DNA from: Pelagomonas calceolata
Taxonomy: Eukaryota
Direction of reading: 5' to 3'
Assembly (NCBI GenBank): GCA_918797485.1
Contig: CAKKNE010000004.1
Span: 496,001-560,000 of the forward strand
DNA length: 64,000 bases
Part shown: in pieces, positions 49,960 through 60,545 of the stretch
Position numbering within the stretch: position 1 is the first letter of the stretch
Layout: every line of letters begins with the position of its first letter
The notes under the pieces: generated by a model
Databases searched by the model: none
Told to the model about the DNA's origin: nothing
Seen by the model: only the letters and a program-made list of their open reading frames with translations
Made by a program: the position numbers and the translations under genes

Positions 49960-50703
49960 TCACCCCCGATCTTCAAAGGGAATGTGGTCCATCAAATTGT
50001 TCGCCCCGTCCGGCACTTCCAGCTCCAGCCCGTCCAAGTCGGGCGTGAACACCAGCTGGCACCCCAACCTCGAGTTCTCGCGCGGCTCGTGCGCCAGGTC
50101 CAGCATATCTAATTCCGCCTCGCAGGGCTCGCCGACCCTCGAGAACCACTCGGGAGCGACGTAGACGTGGCACGTGCTGCAGGCCATGACGCCGGAGCAC
50201 GCGCACTCGAGATAACTCTGTAAAGCGCGCGCGCCGTCGTCTTCACCTCTTCGAACGACGTCGTAGAGCGACGTGCCCTCGTAGGCGCTCACGTCGAAGG
50301 ATGCACTTCCAGCTTTGACCGAGCAGTGGACGAGCTGTTTTCCCGCGCGTTCGTTTACCTCTTTTTCCACAGCTGCCGCTAACGCATCTAACCCGTTGTC
50401 CTCGCCGATCTCGTAGGCGCCGGCGAGCTGTTTTAAGGTCGGGAGGAGGGCTGATAACGGTACTCCTGACGAGGGGTCCGCTAATGCTGCGACGACGCCC
50501 TCCGCCACGTCCTGGGAATAAGTCTTGCCCTCTCGCACGGCGCCGACTTGTATGACGAATTTTGTGGCTTCTTCGAGCTGGGCGTCCCGCGCGGTCGCGG
50601 CGTTTGAGGAAGACGCTCTGAGCAGCGGTAGGCTGATGGGTGGCCGCCGGCGCCTGAGGGGTTGTCGCCTCAGCGCCGAGCGCAGCATGGCTGCGCGTCG
50701 CAT
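49960..50703 (-). CDS. Adrenodoxin-type 2Fe-2S ferredoxin with a mitochondrial-type presequence
   Basis: ECACSGVMACSTCHVY, ELDMLDLA and SRLGCQ; Arg-rich N-terminus. Confidence 0.88.
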   Translation of the reverse strand: MRRAAMLRSALRRQPLRRRRPPISLPLLRASSSNAATARDAQLEEATKFVIQVGAVREGKTYSQDVAEGVVAALADPSSGVPLSALLPTLKQLAGAYEIGEDNGLDALAAAVEKEVNERAGKQLVHCSVKAGSASFDVSAYEGTSLYDVVRRGEDDGARALQSYLECACSGVMACSTCHVYVAPEWFSRVGEPCEAELDMLDLAHEPRENSRLGCQLVFTPDLDGLELEVPDGANNLMDHIPFEDRG

Positions 50704-51267
50704 CTGTGCGACGATTGTAAACCTTCGTGTATAGCTTCGATGGCGACAGCAAAGCAAAAGAAGCTTCGACGCGCCGCTGTGGCCTAGTGTATCGATAGAC
50801 CTACTAGCTTTGTGATATATATATGAGCACCAGGCTTCCTTTAGATAGCTTGAAAAGCTCCGGGATACGGGTTTTGCGGCGCTTCCCGTACGCCGTCGGT
50901 GCGCCACCGCATAATACACTAACGTCGACGACGACGAGAACGCCTCCCGCAGCGCCAAATCCAGCGGCACCAGCGGCACGCCGAGCGCCGACTTGAGCGC
51001 CGCGACGGGATCGGCGCGCCAAGAGAAGCCAGGTATGGCCGAAGCCAAGTTAGACGATAGGGGAGAGGGATGCGGGGAGCGCCCAGTGTGCGCGGGGGAA
51101 GAGGAGGGTGCGTGCCGGGGGTCTGACCGCCCGCGGGCCTGAGAACCCGCGTCGCGTGGGATTGGCAATTCCAGAGTACGCGCCCGAAGGCACGCACACA
51201 CGCGCACGATGACGGCGCGCCGAGGCCCGCGAGTCCAAGAACCCGCGCGCTCAGCGCCTGTAGCTGC

Positions 51268-52872
51268 CTACATCAGACCCGCCAGCTCGCCCTGCTCCTT
51301 CGAGAACCTGCGTCGGAGGCGCGGTAACGCGTCGATGGCGTGGGAAGCGAATTTCGGCGCGGGCGCTCACATCTCATAATACTGGTAAATGATGGTCACC
51401 GCCAAGAGGATGCCGGTGCCCGAGCCAATGGCTCCGAGTAAGTCCGCGACGACCGTCAAAGCGCCGATGCACATGCCGCCGAAGGCCGCCGCCGGCGGGA
51501 TGTATCGGTTCAGCGTGTGGACCAGCGCGCTGTCGCGGTGGCCCTTCATGACCATCTGCTGGTCTCTCAATTGCTTGGCCACGTCCCGCGCCGACGAGCC
51601 AGACACCTCAATCCACATCGTACTGAAAACAGCACAGGACGCCAGGATGAAGATGATGTAGAAGACCGCGTGCACGGGGTCGTAGATGACCTCCATCATC
51701 GACCGCGGCGGCGAGATGTAGTACGCGATACCGCCAACCGGTACGGTAGCTTCGCCGTAGCCCTCCTTCTTGCCCCACTTCCCAATAAGGCCGATTAAAA
51801 ATACTCCCGGGTAGCGGTTGTACAGCATCTGCGAGAGGAAATACAGGTTGCTGACCAGCGCCGTCTGGAGGATGATCGGCATGTTCGACGTATAGAACAG
51901 CTTGATGGGGTACGTGCCCTGCTGGCCCCGGTGCTTTTGGTACTTGACCGGCAGGTCCACGCGCCAGCCCTGGAAGTAGATGACGACCACAAAGATCAAG
52001 CCTGTTGCCAGTAAATTGGTGAGATTGGGCAGGTTCGTCCTGTATAGTGCTTCAGCTAAAGCCCTAGCCTTATCTGACCGCGTCATCATGAGGTGGAAGA
52101 AGGCCACAACAGCCCCTTCGAACTCCGTGCCCTTGCCCGTGTTAATCGTCGTCGGCGAGAACGCCTTCCAGATCACATTTTCGCAGATGTTCGTCGCGAT
52201 AAATAATGATATACCACTGCCTAAGCCGTAGCCCTTCTGCAGGAGCTCATCCAAGATCAATACGACGAAGCCCGCGAAGACCAACTGCGCCACGATGAGG
52301 ACGCAATTACCAAGTCCTAATTCCGAGACCTGGCCGTACATGCCGCTGCCGACGTAGGCCACGGCCTCGCCGATCGTGATGAGGATGCCGAAGAGCTTTT
52401 GGGCCGCCGCGAACAGCGCTCTATCTTCCTTTAGTGATTGATTCACTTCTATGAGTCGAGCACCCGCTAAGAGCTGCATGACCATCCCCGACGTGATGAT
52501 GGGCGAGATGCCGAGCTCCATCAGCGTCCCTCGGTTCGACGCCAAGATCACTCGCATCCAGTAGAAGGGGTCGTTCGACTTCGCGGTCTTGACGCCGTAG
52601 ATGGGGATCTGGCACGATACGAGGTAGATAAACAACGTCGTGACGGTCCAGAGGATCTTCTCGCGGAACCTGCGCGCGGTGTTGCGTGGGGTCGCGGCGG
52701 CGTCGGCGTCTGCTGACGAGCTGTCGAGGCCCTCTGCGTCGGTCGGTCGACGCCGCGCGGCAGCGACGGCACATATGTTTCGCACGCGGGCGCCTCACGG
52801 AATCTTGCGGTCAGGCATTACTACCTCCGGCAGCAAGCCCATGACCGGGCGGACTAAGTGTAAAAAGCGCAT
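51268..52872 (-). CDS. SEC61A: Protein translocon subunit Sec61 alpha, join(51268..51307,51371..52669,52799..52872)
   Basis: [50 protein letters not shown] and [14 protein letters not shown]; two GT-AG introns give 1413 nt in frame. Confidence 0.96.
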
Positions 52873-53286
52873 GGTTGCTGCTGATGCTAGCGCTTGCGCG
52901 TCCCGCCTCGCTGCGCTGTCTCGCTCGCGCTGTGAGCGCTGCGCCTCGCAGTGATGCGCGCAACGCTCGCTGCTGTCCTTTTAGCTCGCCCGCGCGTGCT
53001 CAGCGCAATGCGTGCCTCCGCCGCCGATTGCACCGCGATGAGGGGCGGCGACCTCGAATAAACGAGTGCACACCAGACGCTTCAAATACGTCTCTCAGAC
53101 GCATCCCCAGGTGAAACAACAACTAAGCCAGAACATATGAGCTAGCGTAGACGGACACTAGGACGCCAAGCTTTGCGGCTTGAGGGCTTACCTTTTGCGT
53201 GCGAGCTATTGTGGCAAGATTAGCGTTCGCATCGTATTCAATTTATTGCTGCAACGCTCATCCTGCAGAGGAAGAGTCGTGCAAGG

Positions 53287-54387
53287 ATGCATCTCAGCAG
53301 CAGCACCCTGCTCGTGCTGCTGGCCAGCACGCAATGTCATGCCTTCGCGCCGGCAGCAATGCGTGCACGCGCACCGAGCCCGAGAGCCCAGTGGTGGGAG
53401 GAGGACGGCACAGCGCCTGACGCCGGCGCGACGACCACGGCCAAAGCGACGGGCGAGCATCAAATAAAAGCCGGCGACCACGTCCGCCTCCACTACTCGT
53501 TGACGACGACGGGCGGCCAGGCTTTAGACGGCGCCGAGCTGACGTTCGACACGGAGGAAGTGGACCTCGTGGTCGGCGCCGGCGGCTTTTTACCGGCGCT
53601 CCATAATGCATTGGACGGCGCCTCGTTAACAGTCGACGCGCCGGAGACGATGACGCTGAGCGCACCTTTCGGGGAGCGCGATCCAAGACTGGGCCCGATT
53701 CCCGTCCCGGCCGCGAACGCCCCGAAAGGGATGCAGCCCGGCGACCGCGCGGGCCTCTCGAACGGCGCGACCGCGCGCGTCATGTCCGTGTCAGATGAAA
53801 AGGTGGTCATCGACGCCAATCATCTCTATGCGGGCGAGGACCTCACGTTGACCGTAACTTTACTGGAGCCGCCGAACGGCCGTCCATTGCAAGAGGCGAC
53901 CTTCGCGGGAGGCTGCTTCTGGGGCGTGGAACTGGCCTACCAGCGCGAGCCCGGCGTCGTACGGACGGAGGTCGGCTACGCGCAAGGTGCGGATCCGTCG
54001 CCGTCCTACGAGGCCGTGTGCTCGGGCGTGACGGGACACACCGAGGCCGTGCGCGTCCGCTACGACCCGTCTCGCGTGTCGTACGAGCGGCTCTGCGACC
54101 TGCTGCTCGATCGGCTGGGCGAGAACCGCTACGCGCTCAACAGGGTCGGCAACGACCAGGGCACGCAATATAGACACGGCATCTACTTTAGTGATGATGC
54201 GCAACAAGCGACGGCGGAGGCCGTCATCGCGCGGGAACAACAGCGCGACGCTGGGAGGCCCATCGTGACCGAGGTTGAGAGAATAGCCGCGTACTACGCC
54301 GCCGAGGCGTACCACCAGCAGTACCTCGAGAAGGGCGGCCAGTCGGCGAAGAAGAGCGATGGGAGCACGATCCGGTGTTACGGGTAA
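53287..54387 (+). CDS. Plastid-targeted SlyD-type FKBP fused to methionine sulfoxide reductase A
   Basis: CHAFAP targeting motif; GDHVRLHY...VIDANHLYAGEDLT (FKBP); FAGGCFWG, GHTEAV, GTQYR, AEAYHQQYL and IRCYG (MsrA). Confidence 0.9.
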   Translation: MHLSSSTLLVLLASTQCHAFAPAAMRARAPSPRAQWWEEDGTAPDAGATTTAKATGEHQIKAGDHVRLHYSLTTTGGQALDGAELTFDTEEVDLVVGAGGFLPALHNALDGASLTVDAPETMTLSAPFGERDPRLGPIPVPAANAPKGMQPGDRAGLSNGATARVMSVSDEKVVIDANHLYAGEDLTLTVTLLEPPNGRPLQEATFAGGCFWGVELAYQREPGVVRTEVGYAQGADPSPSYEAVCSGVTGHTEAVRVRYDPSRVSYERLCDLLLDRLGENRYALNRVGNDQGTQYRHGIYFSDDAQQATAEAVIAREQQRDAGRPIVTEVERIAAYYAAEAYHQQYLEKGGQSAKKSDGSTIRCYG

Positions 54388-54699
54388 GTGTGTTGTTAAG
54401 TAGTCGCCTTGATGGCGTGCCCCGGGCGCGGGCGTACGTTCATCGTACTAGTACCTGTCACGGCCCAGGTCGCCGAGGACCACTCCCGCACGGCACGATC
54501 GCGGTGCCGCGTAGATCGAGCTAGTAGTAAGTATATCATTTTTTAGACGTGGGGATGGCTCCCTCCGGCGGTCTGGAATCACGCGCCGATCTCGGGACGC
54601 AGGGAGAGAGGCACAAGCGGCGCGCTGCGGAGCGCGGCGTGCATATAGGGGTAGAGGCGCACGGGCGGCGCGCTCCGTATGTGCATAGGGATGATCAAT

Positions 54700-54930
54700 C
54701 TAAGGATCGAGCGCCAGCTTCTGGTCGGCCGTCGCGTCTTGTCTTGTAGCGCTCACGACGACGCGCCGGAACTCCGTGAGCGACAGGGAGTCGTCGCCGT
54801 CGGCGTCGAGCGCGCGGAACTTGGTGACGAGCTTGTCTCTCCGCGTGAGCTCGTCGCCCCACTCGCGTGTCACGTCGTCGAGGCCCAACAGCCTCACGAA
54901 CTGCGTCTCGGTCGACGTCGGACTTCTCGC
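54700..54930 (-). pseudogene. EF-hand gene fragment truncated by the repeat element
   Basis: FRALDADGDDSLSLTEF; the frame runs into the repeat at about 54935. Confidence 0.5.
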
Positions 54931-54934
54931 AGGG

Positions 54935-55265
54935 CTGTGGAAGCAAACCTTGGCCCAAACATTGCTAAACCCAGTGGTCTGCTGAGAGAAATCGACCAAA
55001 AATGATTGAAGCGCCGGCGCATGCGGCGTAGGCGCTTGCACGTGTATAGTACCGACCCTATGCGCCCCCCCGGAGACCTGTTTGACAGGGATTGACAGGA
55101 TTCCACTGGCGATACAACTATAAAATCACTCGCGGCCGTCAAATATTAAGTTTACCCGTGGGCCCCCAGTAATTGTGATAGCGGTCTCGCTGAGTCCCGT
55201 ACTACCCCACCGATAGTCAACGACATGCATTTGACATCTACACCACGAGAAAGGTACTTGGCCAG
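54935..55265. mobile_element. Partial second copy of the 39030..39600 element
   Basis: 54935-55110 is the reverse complement of about 39170-39345; 55150-55265 is a direct homolog of 39490-39605. Confidence 0.7.
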
Positions 55266-55441
55266 GCTACTCGTCCACCGACGGACCGCAGCTGGGCGTT
55301 CCCTTCTCCCCTATCTTTGGTCCTAGTCGTACAAGCGTACCGCAAGGGCTCTTCGACGACGGGACACGTACCCGGTCGAACGCCGTCGACGCGTGCGGGT
55401 TCCGTGCGCCGCTCTCCGGCGCGCATCGCCGCGCCGCACAA

Positions 55442-56206
55442 ATGTGCTGCAAAATCCTCGTGCTACTCGCTGCCGCCGGAGCCTCTGCCTTCTCGCAAGC
55501 TACCGCGCGGCAGCTATCGCTGCCCCTAGACCGCAAAGTCCACAAGTCCGGATTCATCATCATGCAAAACACCTCCTGAAAGCCCTCTGGAAGACCCGGG
55601 CGCCGGCTGGGCGAAGCCCAGCAAGAACTGGTCCGAGCACGACTACGACGAGTTAGATCGGCAGCAGCAAGGCCGAGACGGACTGGTCGATCCGGAAGTG
55701 GATGACCGCCGGGCGGTACGCGGCGCGCGGCGTGAAGCTCGTGAACGCCATGTCGCGGCTCTACCACAACCTGGTGCTGGAAAACGTGCTCGCTCAGCTC
55801 GAGACGGACGCCCCGTGCGTCTGGGACGTCGACTGTGCGATTCCGGATCCGCCGAAGGAGACGCCGCGCGCGACGGAAGGCGAGGCGACGGCGGACGTGC
55901 AACGCGGCCAGGAAGAGGAGGATGACGACGACGACTTGTTTGGGGACCCGGCCAAGGACTTCGACGCGTACGAAAGTGACGAAGAACCGGTCGCGGCGCC
56001 CCCGGGACGCGCCCGCGAGGAAGAAGAAGAGCAAGTCGAACAAGAAGAAGGCCGCCCTCGGCGCCGGGTCCGGCCTCGTCATGGGTGATGCCCACCACTA
56101 CGTTGTGTGCCGGCCTGCTCCCGTAGAAGGGAGTAGGCCGGGCCCGCGGGACGCCTCACGCGCCACCAGCCCTCCCCACCCCCCGAGCCCTAATATTTAC
56201 AATTAA
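55442..56206 (+). pseudogene. Fragmented gene with an ASAF targeting motif and several frame breaks
   Basis: MCCKILVLLAAAGASAFSQ... stops after 45 codons; protein-like segments continue in other frames (YHNLVLENVLAQLE, acidic tract). Confidence 0.35.
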
Positions 56207-56210
56207 TTAC

Positions 56211-56250
56211 GACCTAGGTCCTAGCTAGGCCTAGCTAGGTCCTAGCTAGG
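56211..56250. repeat. Tandem palindromes GACCTAGGTC and three copies of CCTAGCTAGG
   Basis: Directly visible in the sequence. Confidence 0.85.
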
Positions 56251-56415
56251 CTTCCGAGCCGCAGATCCCATATGGGCTGCAGTCCTAGGTGGGGGGTATG
56301 ATGGGGATCGAGGCTAGGATCTGAAGGAAGCCCGCGACCGCCTTGAGCTTGCCGATATTGTCGGCGACCTGTGCGCAAAAAAACCAGTGAGTCGATGGCG
56401 CCGCAACAATTTGAT

Positions 56416-57843
56416 TTATGCACTGTCGGCGACGGAGTCGTACAGCTCCTTGCCCCTCCACGCGGCCGCGACGGCGGCGGCCGCCGCGTCCTCATCATAG
56501 GCGTAGCTATATGAGTAGCCAGAAGAGGAGGTGCACACGGCCGGGAGCTCCGTGATATCGTCACGCGTAATGACGACGTGCATAGCCTCTTCTACATCTG
56601 CCATGCACTCGCAATCGTCTTGACAGTAACACTCCTGATCGTCAAGGCCCCAGTCGATCGCGACGAGGGCGTCTCCATGGTCTTCTAGGCAAGCGGACCA
56701 GCACGCCTCCGCGCTGGTAGTCGTATCGCCGATGGACGGATGTTCATCCAGGCCCGAGGAACACCAGCCGCGTTCGGTCCAGGTCGTGGTGTCAGGCGAA
56801 GGCAATATTTCTTCATCGTTGCCGCAGTAATGCCACTCGTCGCAGCTCTCCTCGAAGCCCTCGTTGCAGCACCAGCGCTCGTCGTGCCCGTCGCAGGCCA
56901 CGGGCGGGCACCCGTTCTGCACGGTCTCGCATCCCGCGTCCCATACACTGGTCCACGAAGTGGCGCAGACGCCGGGCGTCGAGTCATCGTCGGCCAAGTC
57001 ATCGTCGCCGGGAGTAACTTGCAGGCACGAGCCCCCGCCGTCGCCGTCCGCGTCGTTGAGCACGTAGCCGCTCTCGCACTGCAGGCAGTCCAGGTATCCC
57101 GGGCCGTCGCAGGCGACGCAATTCTCGGTGCACGCTCCCGAGTACGAGTATGAATAGTACGCGCCTGCACACGTGACCGAGATGCCCGAGTTCGTTTGCC
57201 ACTCGGACCCGGTCCACTCGGTCCACGTGCCGGAGACGGCGGCGAGGTCTTCGTCCGGGTCGGCGCTGGGGTCGCCGATGTAAATTGCAGCCGACCCCGA
57301 GCAGGAATCAGGACCAATGTGCCAATTGGAGTAATCAGAGTAGTACCAGATGTACTGGTCCTGGTCACACCCCCCGTCTTCATCGCACTTCCAGCGGGGG
57401 TAGCCATTGCACGATCCTTTTTGCTCGTAGGTCCCGTGCAGTTCGGGCAGGGAAGATCCGGACACGACGATATCGCACCTCGTGCCGCCGCCGCACGCGC
57501 AGCACTGGACGCTCGACGCGAAGTTTGAGTCGTCGCAGCATCCGCAACCTCCTGGGTTGTCGTCATAATACGATGAGCAACTATCGCTATCCTCATCGGT
57601 AGAGTAATCATCGTTCACGCAGTCGTACGAGCTAGAATCTGAGGCGAAATCGTCATCATAGGCGTAGCTATATGAGTAGCTGCCAACGTCGAGCCGCCGC
57701 CGCGTCAGCGCCGGGCGCGCTTTCTTCATAAAGTTGGGTACCTCATCTACAGCGTCGACGCGCCGGGCCATCGTCGTGCTGCGCGCCGCCGCCGCGCCGA
57801 CGCGCACCGCGATCAGCAGCCCTACGAGGCTCCAGGCGCTCAT
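56416..57843 (-). CDS. Secreted Cys/Asp-rich modular protein
   Basis: Signal peptide MSAWSLVGLLIAV, RRRL motif, YSYSY linkers, furin-like CTENCVACDGPGYLDCLQCESGY and a PAN/WSC-like CWSAC module. Confidence 0.75.
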   Translation of the reverse strand: MSAWSLVGLLIAVRVGAAAARSTTMARRVDAVDEVPNFMKKARPALTRRRLDVGSYSYSYAYDDDFASDSSSYDCVNDDYSTDEDSDSCSSYYDDNPGGCGCCDDSNFASSVQCCACGGGTRCDIVVSGSSLPELHGTYEQKGSCNGYPRWKCDEDGGCDQDQYIWYYSDYSNWHIGPDSCSGSAAIYIGDPSADPDEDLAAVSGTWTEWTGSEWQTNSGISVTCAGAYYSYSYSGACTENCVACDGPGYLDCLQCESGYVLNDADGDGGGSCLQVTPGDDDLADDDSTPGVCATSWTSVWDAGCETVQNGCPPVACDGHDERWCCNEGFEESCDEWHYCGNDEEILPSPDTTTWTERGWCSSGLDEHPSIGDTTTSAEACWSACLEDHGDALVAIDWGLDDQECYCQDDCECMADVEEAMHVVITRDDITELPAVCTSSSGYSYSYAYDEDAAAAAVAAAWRGKELYDSVADSA

Positions 57844-57850
57844 GTTTGTA

Positions 57851-58152
57851 GGCTGCCCGGCGCGCCCCGCAGCACGTCTTAAGGCTGGGCTGCGACCGTC
57901 GTCGTGTGCGCCGTGGGGATGGAGTACCCAACGAGTTCGATGCGCAGCTCTATTGGAAGTTGGGCAGCTCACACGGCGACGGAGAGCACTCGCCGCTGCT
58001 TCTCAAAAAAAACGATTGAAGTTCAACGGCGCCGACGGCCCTCCCCACGCGGCACGACGCCTCTCCGCGCGGGACTCGGCCGACTAGTCCTAGCACCGAG
58101 GCGGCATATAGTGACTCGCATCGACGGCGCGCGCGCGTGGACTAGCTACGAT
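57851..58152 (-). repeat. Dispersed upstream/leader module, copy B
   Basis: Inverted homolog of 48299..48613. Confidence 0.88.
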
Positions 58153-58175
58153 TCCATCGATTTTAGACAAGGCCC

Positions 58176-59939
58176 CTACGACTCCAAGGAAGAAAAGCCG
58201 CAGACCGCCGGGTCCATGAACAGCGCCCCCGGCTCGCGGTAGTTTGCGAAGCCCTCGTCCCGGCAGAAGTCCCAGTCGCAAAACTCCGGCAGGCCGTGCG
58301 ACTTCAGCTCGTCCGTGTCCGAGTTCACGCGTAGTTGGAAAGCATACGTCGACGCCGGCAGGTCGAAGAAGACGGAGAAGCGCTCTTCCTGGACCGTGTC
58401 GTAGAAGCCCGGGTTATCAGTGACGAGCTCGCGTCGAGTAAGCATGGGCACGCCGTCATTATGCATTGCGAGTAGTGCCGAAGCGACCGCGGGAATCTGC
58501 ATGTGGCAGCCTTCCACGCCGACGTGTTCATCCAAGAAGGGGTCGTAATGATTCCAGTCCAAGCCACCTTCCTGCTCCCGCAAGAACCGCACGAACTTCT
58601 CGAAATCATGCAACGACAATTCGCCCTGACCGCGGGGCAGTTCGGCGCTCAATCCAGTAGGCTTCGATAAATGAACATAGTGTACGGTCTTCTTAGCTTC
58701 ACTGACTCCATCGACCTGCTCGAGCGGGAGCGCGACCCAGGCCTCTGTATCTGAATCGGGGAAGTCCGTGAGCGGTTCGTGCTTGAGCCACTTGCGCAAG
58801 AACAAGGCATCTGTGATCGGGTCCGTCGAGGCCACATGAGTATAGGCACTGCGTGTGATGTTCACGAGGCCGTCCAGCCCTTCCAACAACGGAGAATCCA
58901 ACCCGGACTCCGGTTCGGAAGTTTGGATCTCGAACAGCCTCCGGTTGAACCGCGGCACGCCGCAGAAGATGTAGGGCACGTCCGAGCCGCACGCGGTCAC
59001 GCCAAAAGTCCACGCGGGGAGCTTGGCCGGGTACCTCAAGGTAGGGTCCGTTTTGACGTTCATGAAGGCTTCCTGCGTGTCCTTGGCGTTGTTCGCCACG
59101 GCCGTAATTTCGAGGAGCTTGCCATCTCTCGTCAAGCTTCTCACGATGTACAAGTCCACCTCTTGATGGGGCGAGTAGTTCTGGTCCTGGACCACGGCAA
59201 TACCCTTCAGCAAGCGGTAGGGCCAGCCGAACTTCTCCCAATTATCTCGAGCGCCCCAGACGGCCCGCTCTATACCAGTAACGTCGAACCATCCTAACCT
59301 TTGGCCCGAGAACTGGTTGTCCTGCAATGCCGTTTGCACATGTAGCGTCCTTATTGACTCGAAGACCTCCTCCGCAGACAACGACAAAGTACGACCGTCG
59401 ATTGTAGCTTTATTTTGGATTTGATTCCCAGAATTCCACACTACGTGCACCTCGTCGTCCGGCGGTTGGTGTCTAGCAGATAACCATCGACGTTGCACCG
59501 TCGAACAACCAGTCGGCCCCAAATATGAATACGAGGGAAACGCGGGATCCACGGAGTAGTCCCGGAAGCGCTCCATCATGTTGTAGCCCCACCACATCGC
59601 TTCCGCGGTCTCGTCCATGTTTTTCTTAGAAGAGGCCATAATAGTCCACTTGCCGAAGTGGCCCATCTCCAGCGGTTTCGCTCCTTTCACAGGTTGGACC
59701 AAGTCCGTGTTGTCCGTCGTGGGCACCTGCCAGGACTTCTCGTAAGTCGCGGCCGGCGCGGCGGCGGCGTTGGCCGATGGTGCGACGTCGTTCCGGCCGC
59801 CGCGCGCCAGCGCCACGACCCCGAGCGTCGCGGCGGCGGCCGCGGCCGCGGCCTGCCAGCGCGACCGCCGCTTTGATGATGGGCTGCCCCCGAGCAAGGG
59901 GCTGCTCTCCATGTCCGCCGGCGGGGACTGCTCGTCCAT
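58176..59939 (-). CDS. Type II membrane protein of unknown function, tandem paralog 1 (intronless)
   Basis: ESSPLL dileucine-like motif, TM segment, and about 500-aa lumenal domain highly similar to paralog 2. Confidence 0.8.
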   Translation of the reverse strand: MDEQSPPADMESSPLLGGSPSSKRRSRWQAAAAAAAATLGVVALARGGRNDVAPSANAAAAPAATYEKSWQVPTTDNTDLVQPVKGAKPLEMGHFGKWTIMASSKKNMDETAEAMWWGYNMMERFRDYSVDPAFPSYSYLGPTGCSTVQRRWLSARHQPPDDEVHVVWNSGNQIQNKATIDGRTLSLSAEEVFESIRTLHVQTALQDNQFSGQRLGWFDVTGIERAVWGARDNWEKFGWPYRLLKGIAVVQDQNYSPHQEVDLYIVRSLTRDGKLLEITAVANNAKDTQEAFMNVKTDPTLRYPAKLPAWTFGVTACGSDVPYIFCGVPRFNRRLFEIQTSEPESGLDSPLLEGLDGLVNITRSAYTHVASTDPITDALFLRKWLKHEPLTDFPDSDTEAWVALPLEQVDGVSEAKKTVHYVHLSKPTGLSAELPRGQGELSLHDFEKFVRFLREQEGGLDWNHYDPFLDEHVGVEGCHMQIPAVASALLAMHNDGVPMLTRRELVTDNPGFYDTVQEERFSVFFDLPASTYAFQLRVNSDTDELKSHGLPEFCDWDFCRDEGFANYREPGALFMDPAVCGFSSLES

Positions 59940-60479
59940 CGTCTGGGCTCGTCGGCGGCGGGAAGGGACTGCTTCGCTTGCTGCCCAAGTGCCTCTGCTT
60001 GCGCGCTCGTCGTCGCGCGGCCTTTGCGCAGAGGCCAAAAGCTGGTCGAAGCTTAGGAAACTAGCCGTTGCGGCTGCACAATTCCCCCGGGCGCCGCGGC
60101 ACGCGTCGCGGCGCGCCACCGTGCCGTCCATGCTTGTGCAGCGACTGGCTGGGTAGCGGTCGCTGGCCAGAGCAGTGGGGCCCGGACGCGCGGGAGCGCC
60201 GTCGCGCCCCGGGCGCGTCCTAGGTCGAGTGCTACTATGCGAATGGACCGCGCCTGCGAAGCGAGCTCCAGATGCCGCGCCTCGTCGCGTTTTGGCAAGA
60301 GGGCCCGAGAAATGATGGAATCTTAGGCCGTTGGACATTCCCCCGCGTGCCGGGCACGCGTCGCGCGCCCCCGTATCGTTCATTGTGGCGCAACGGCGGG
60401 ACGGGTAGAGGTCACTGGCCACCCGCCGCGACCCAGCGACCTCGCCGCGTCGCCGCCGTCGCGTCGACGGGGTAGATCG

Positions 60480-60517
60480 ACGGGGTCCCTAGACGGGGTC
60501 CATAGACGGGGTCCCTA
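60480..60517. repeat. 13-bp tandem repeat, about three copies (acggggtccMtag)
   Basis: Directly visible between the two paralogs. Confidence 0.85.
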
Positions 60518-60545
60518 CAAGAGACGAGCTAGATACAAAACGATG

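Noticed and set aside
50704..51207. Upstream in-frame extension of the ferredoxin ORF (similar extensions at 263, 21215, 60422 and 62432)
   Set aside because: Mostly non-ATG starts or promoter-like sequence; downstream ATGs give sensible N-termini
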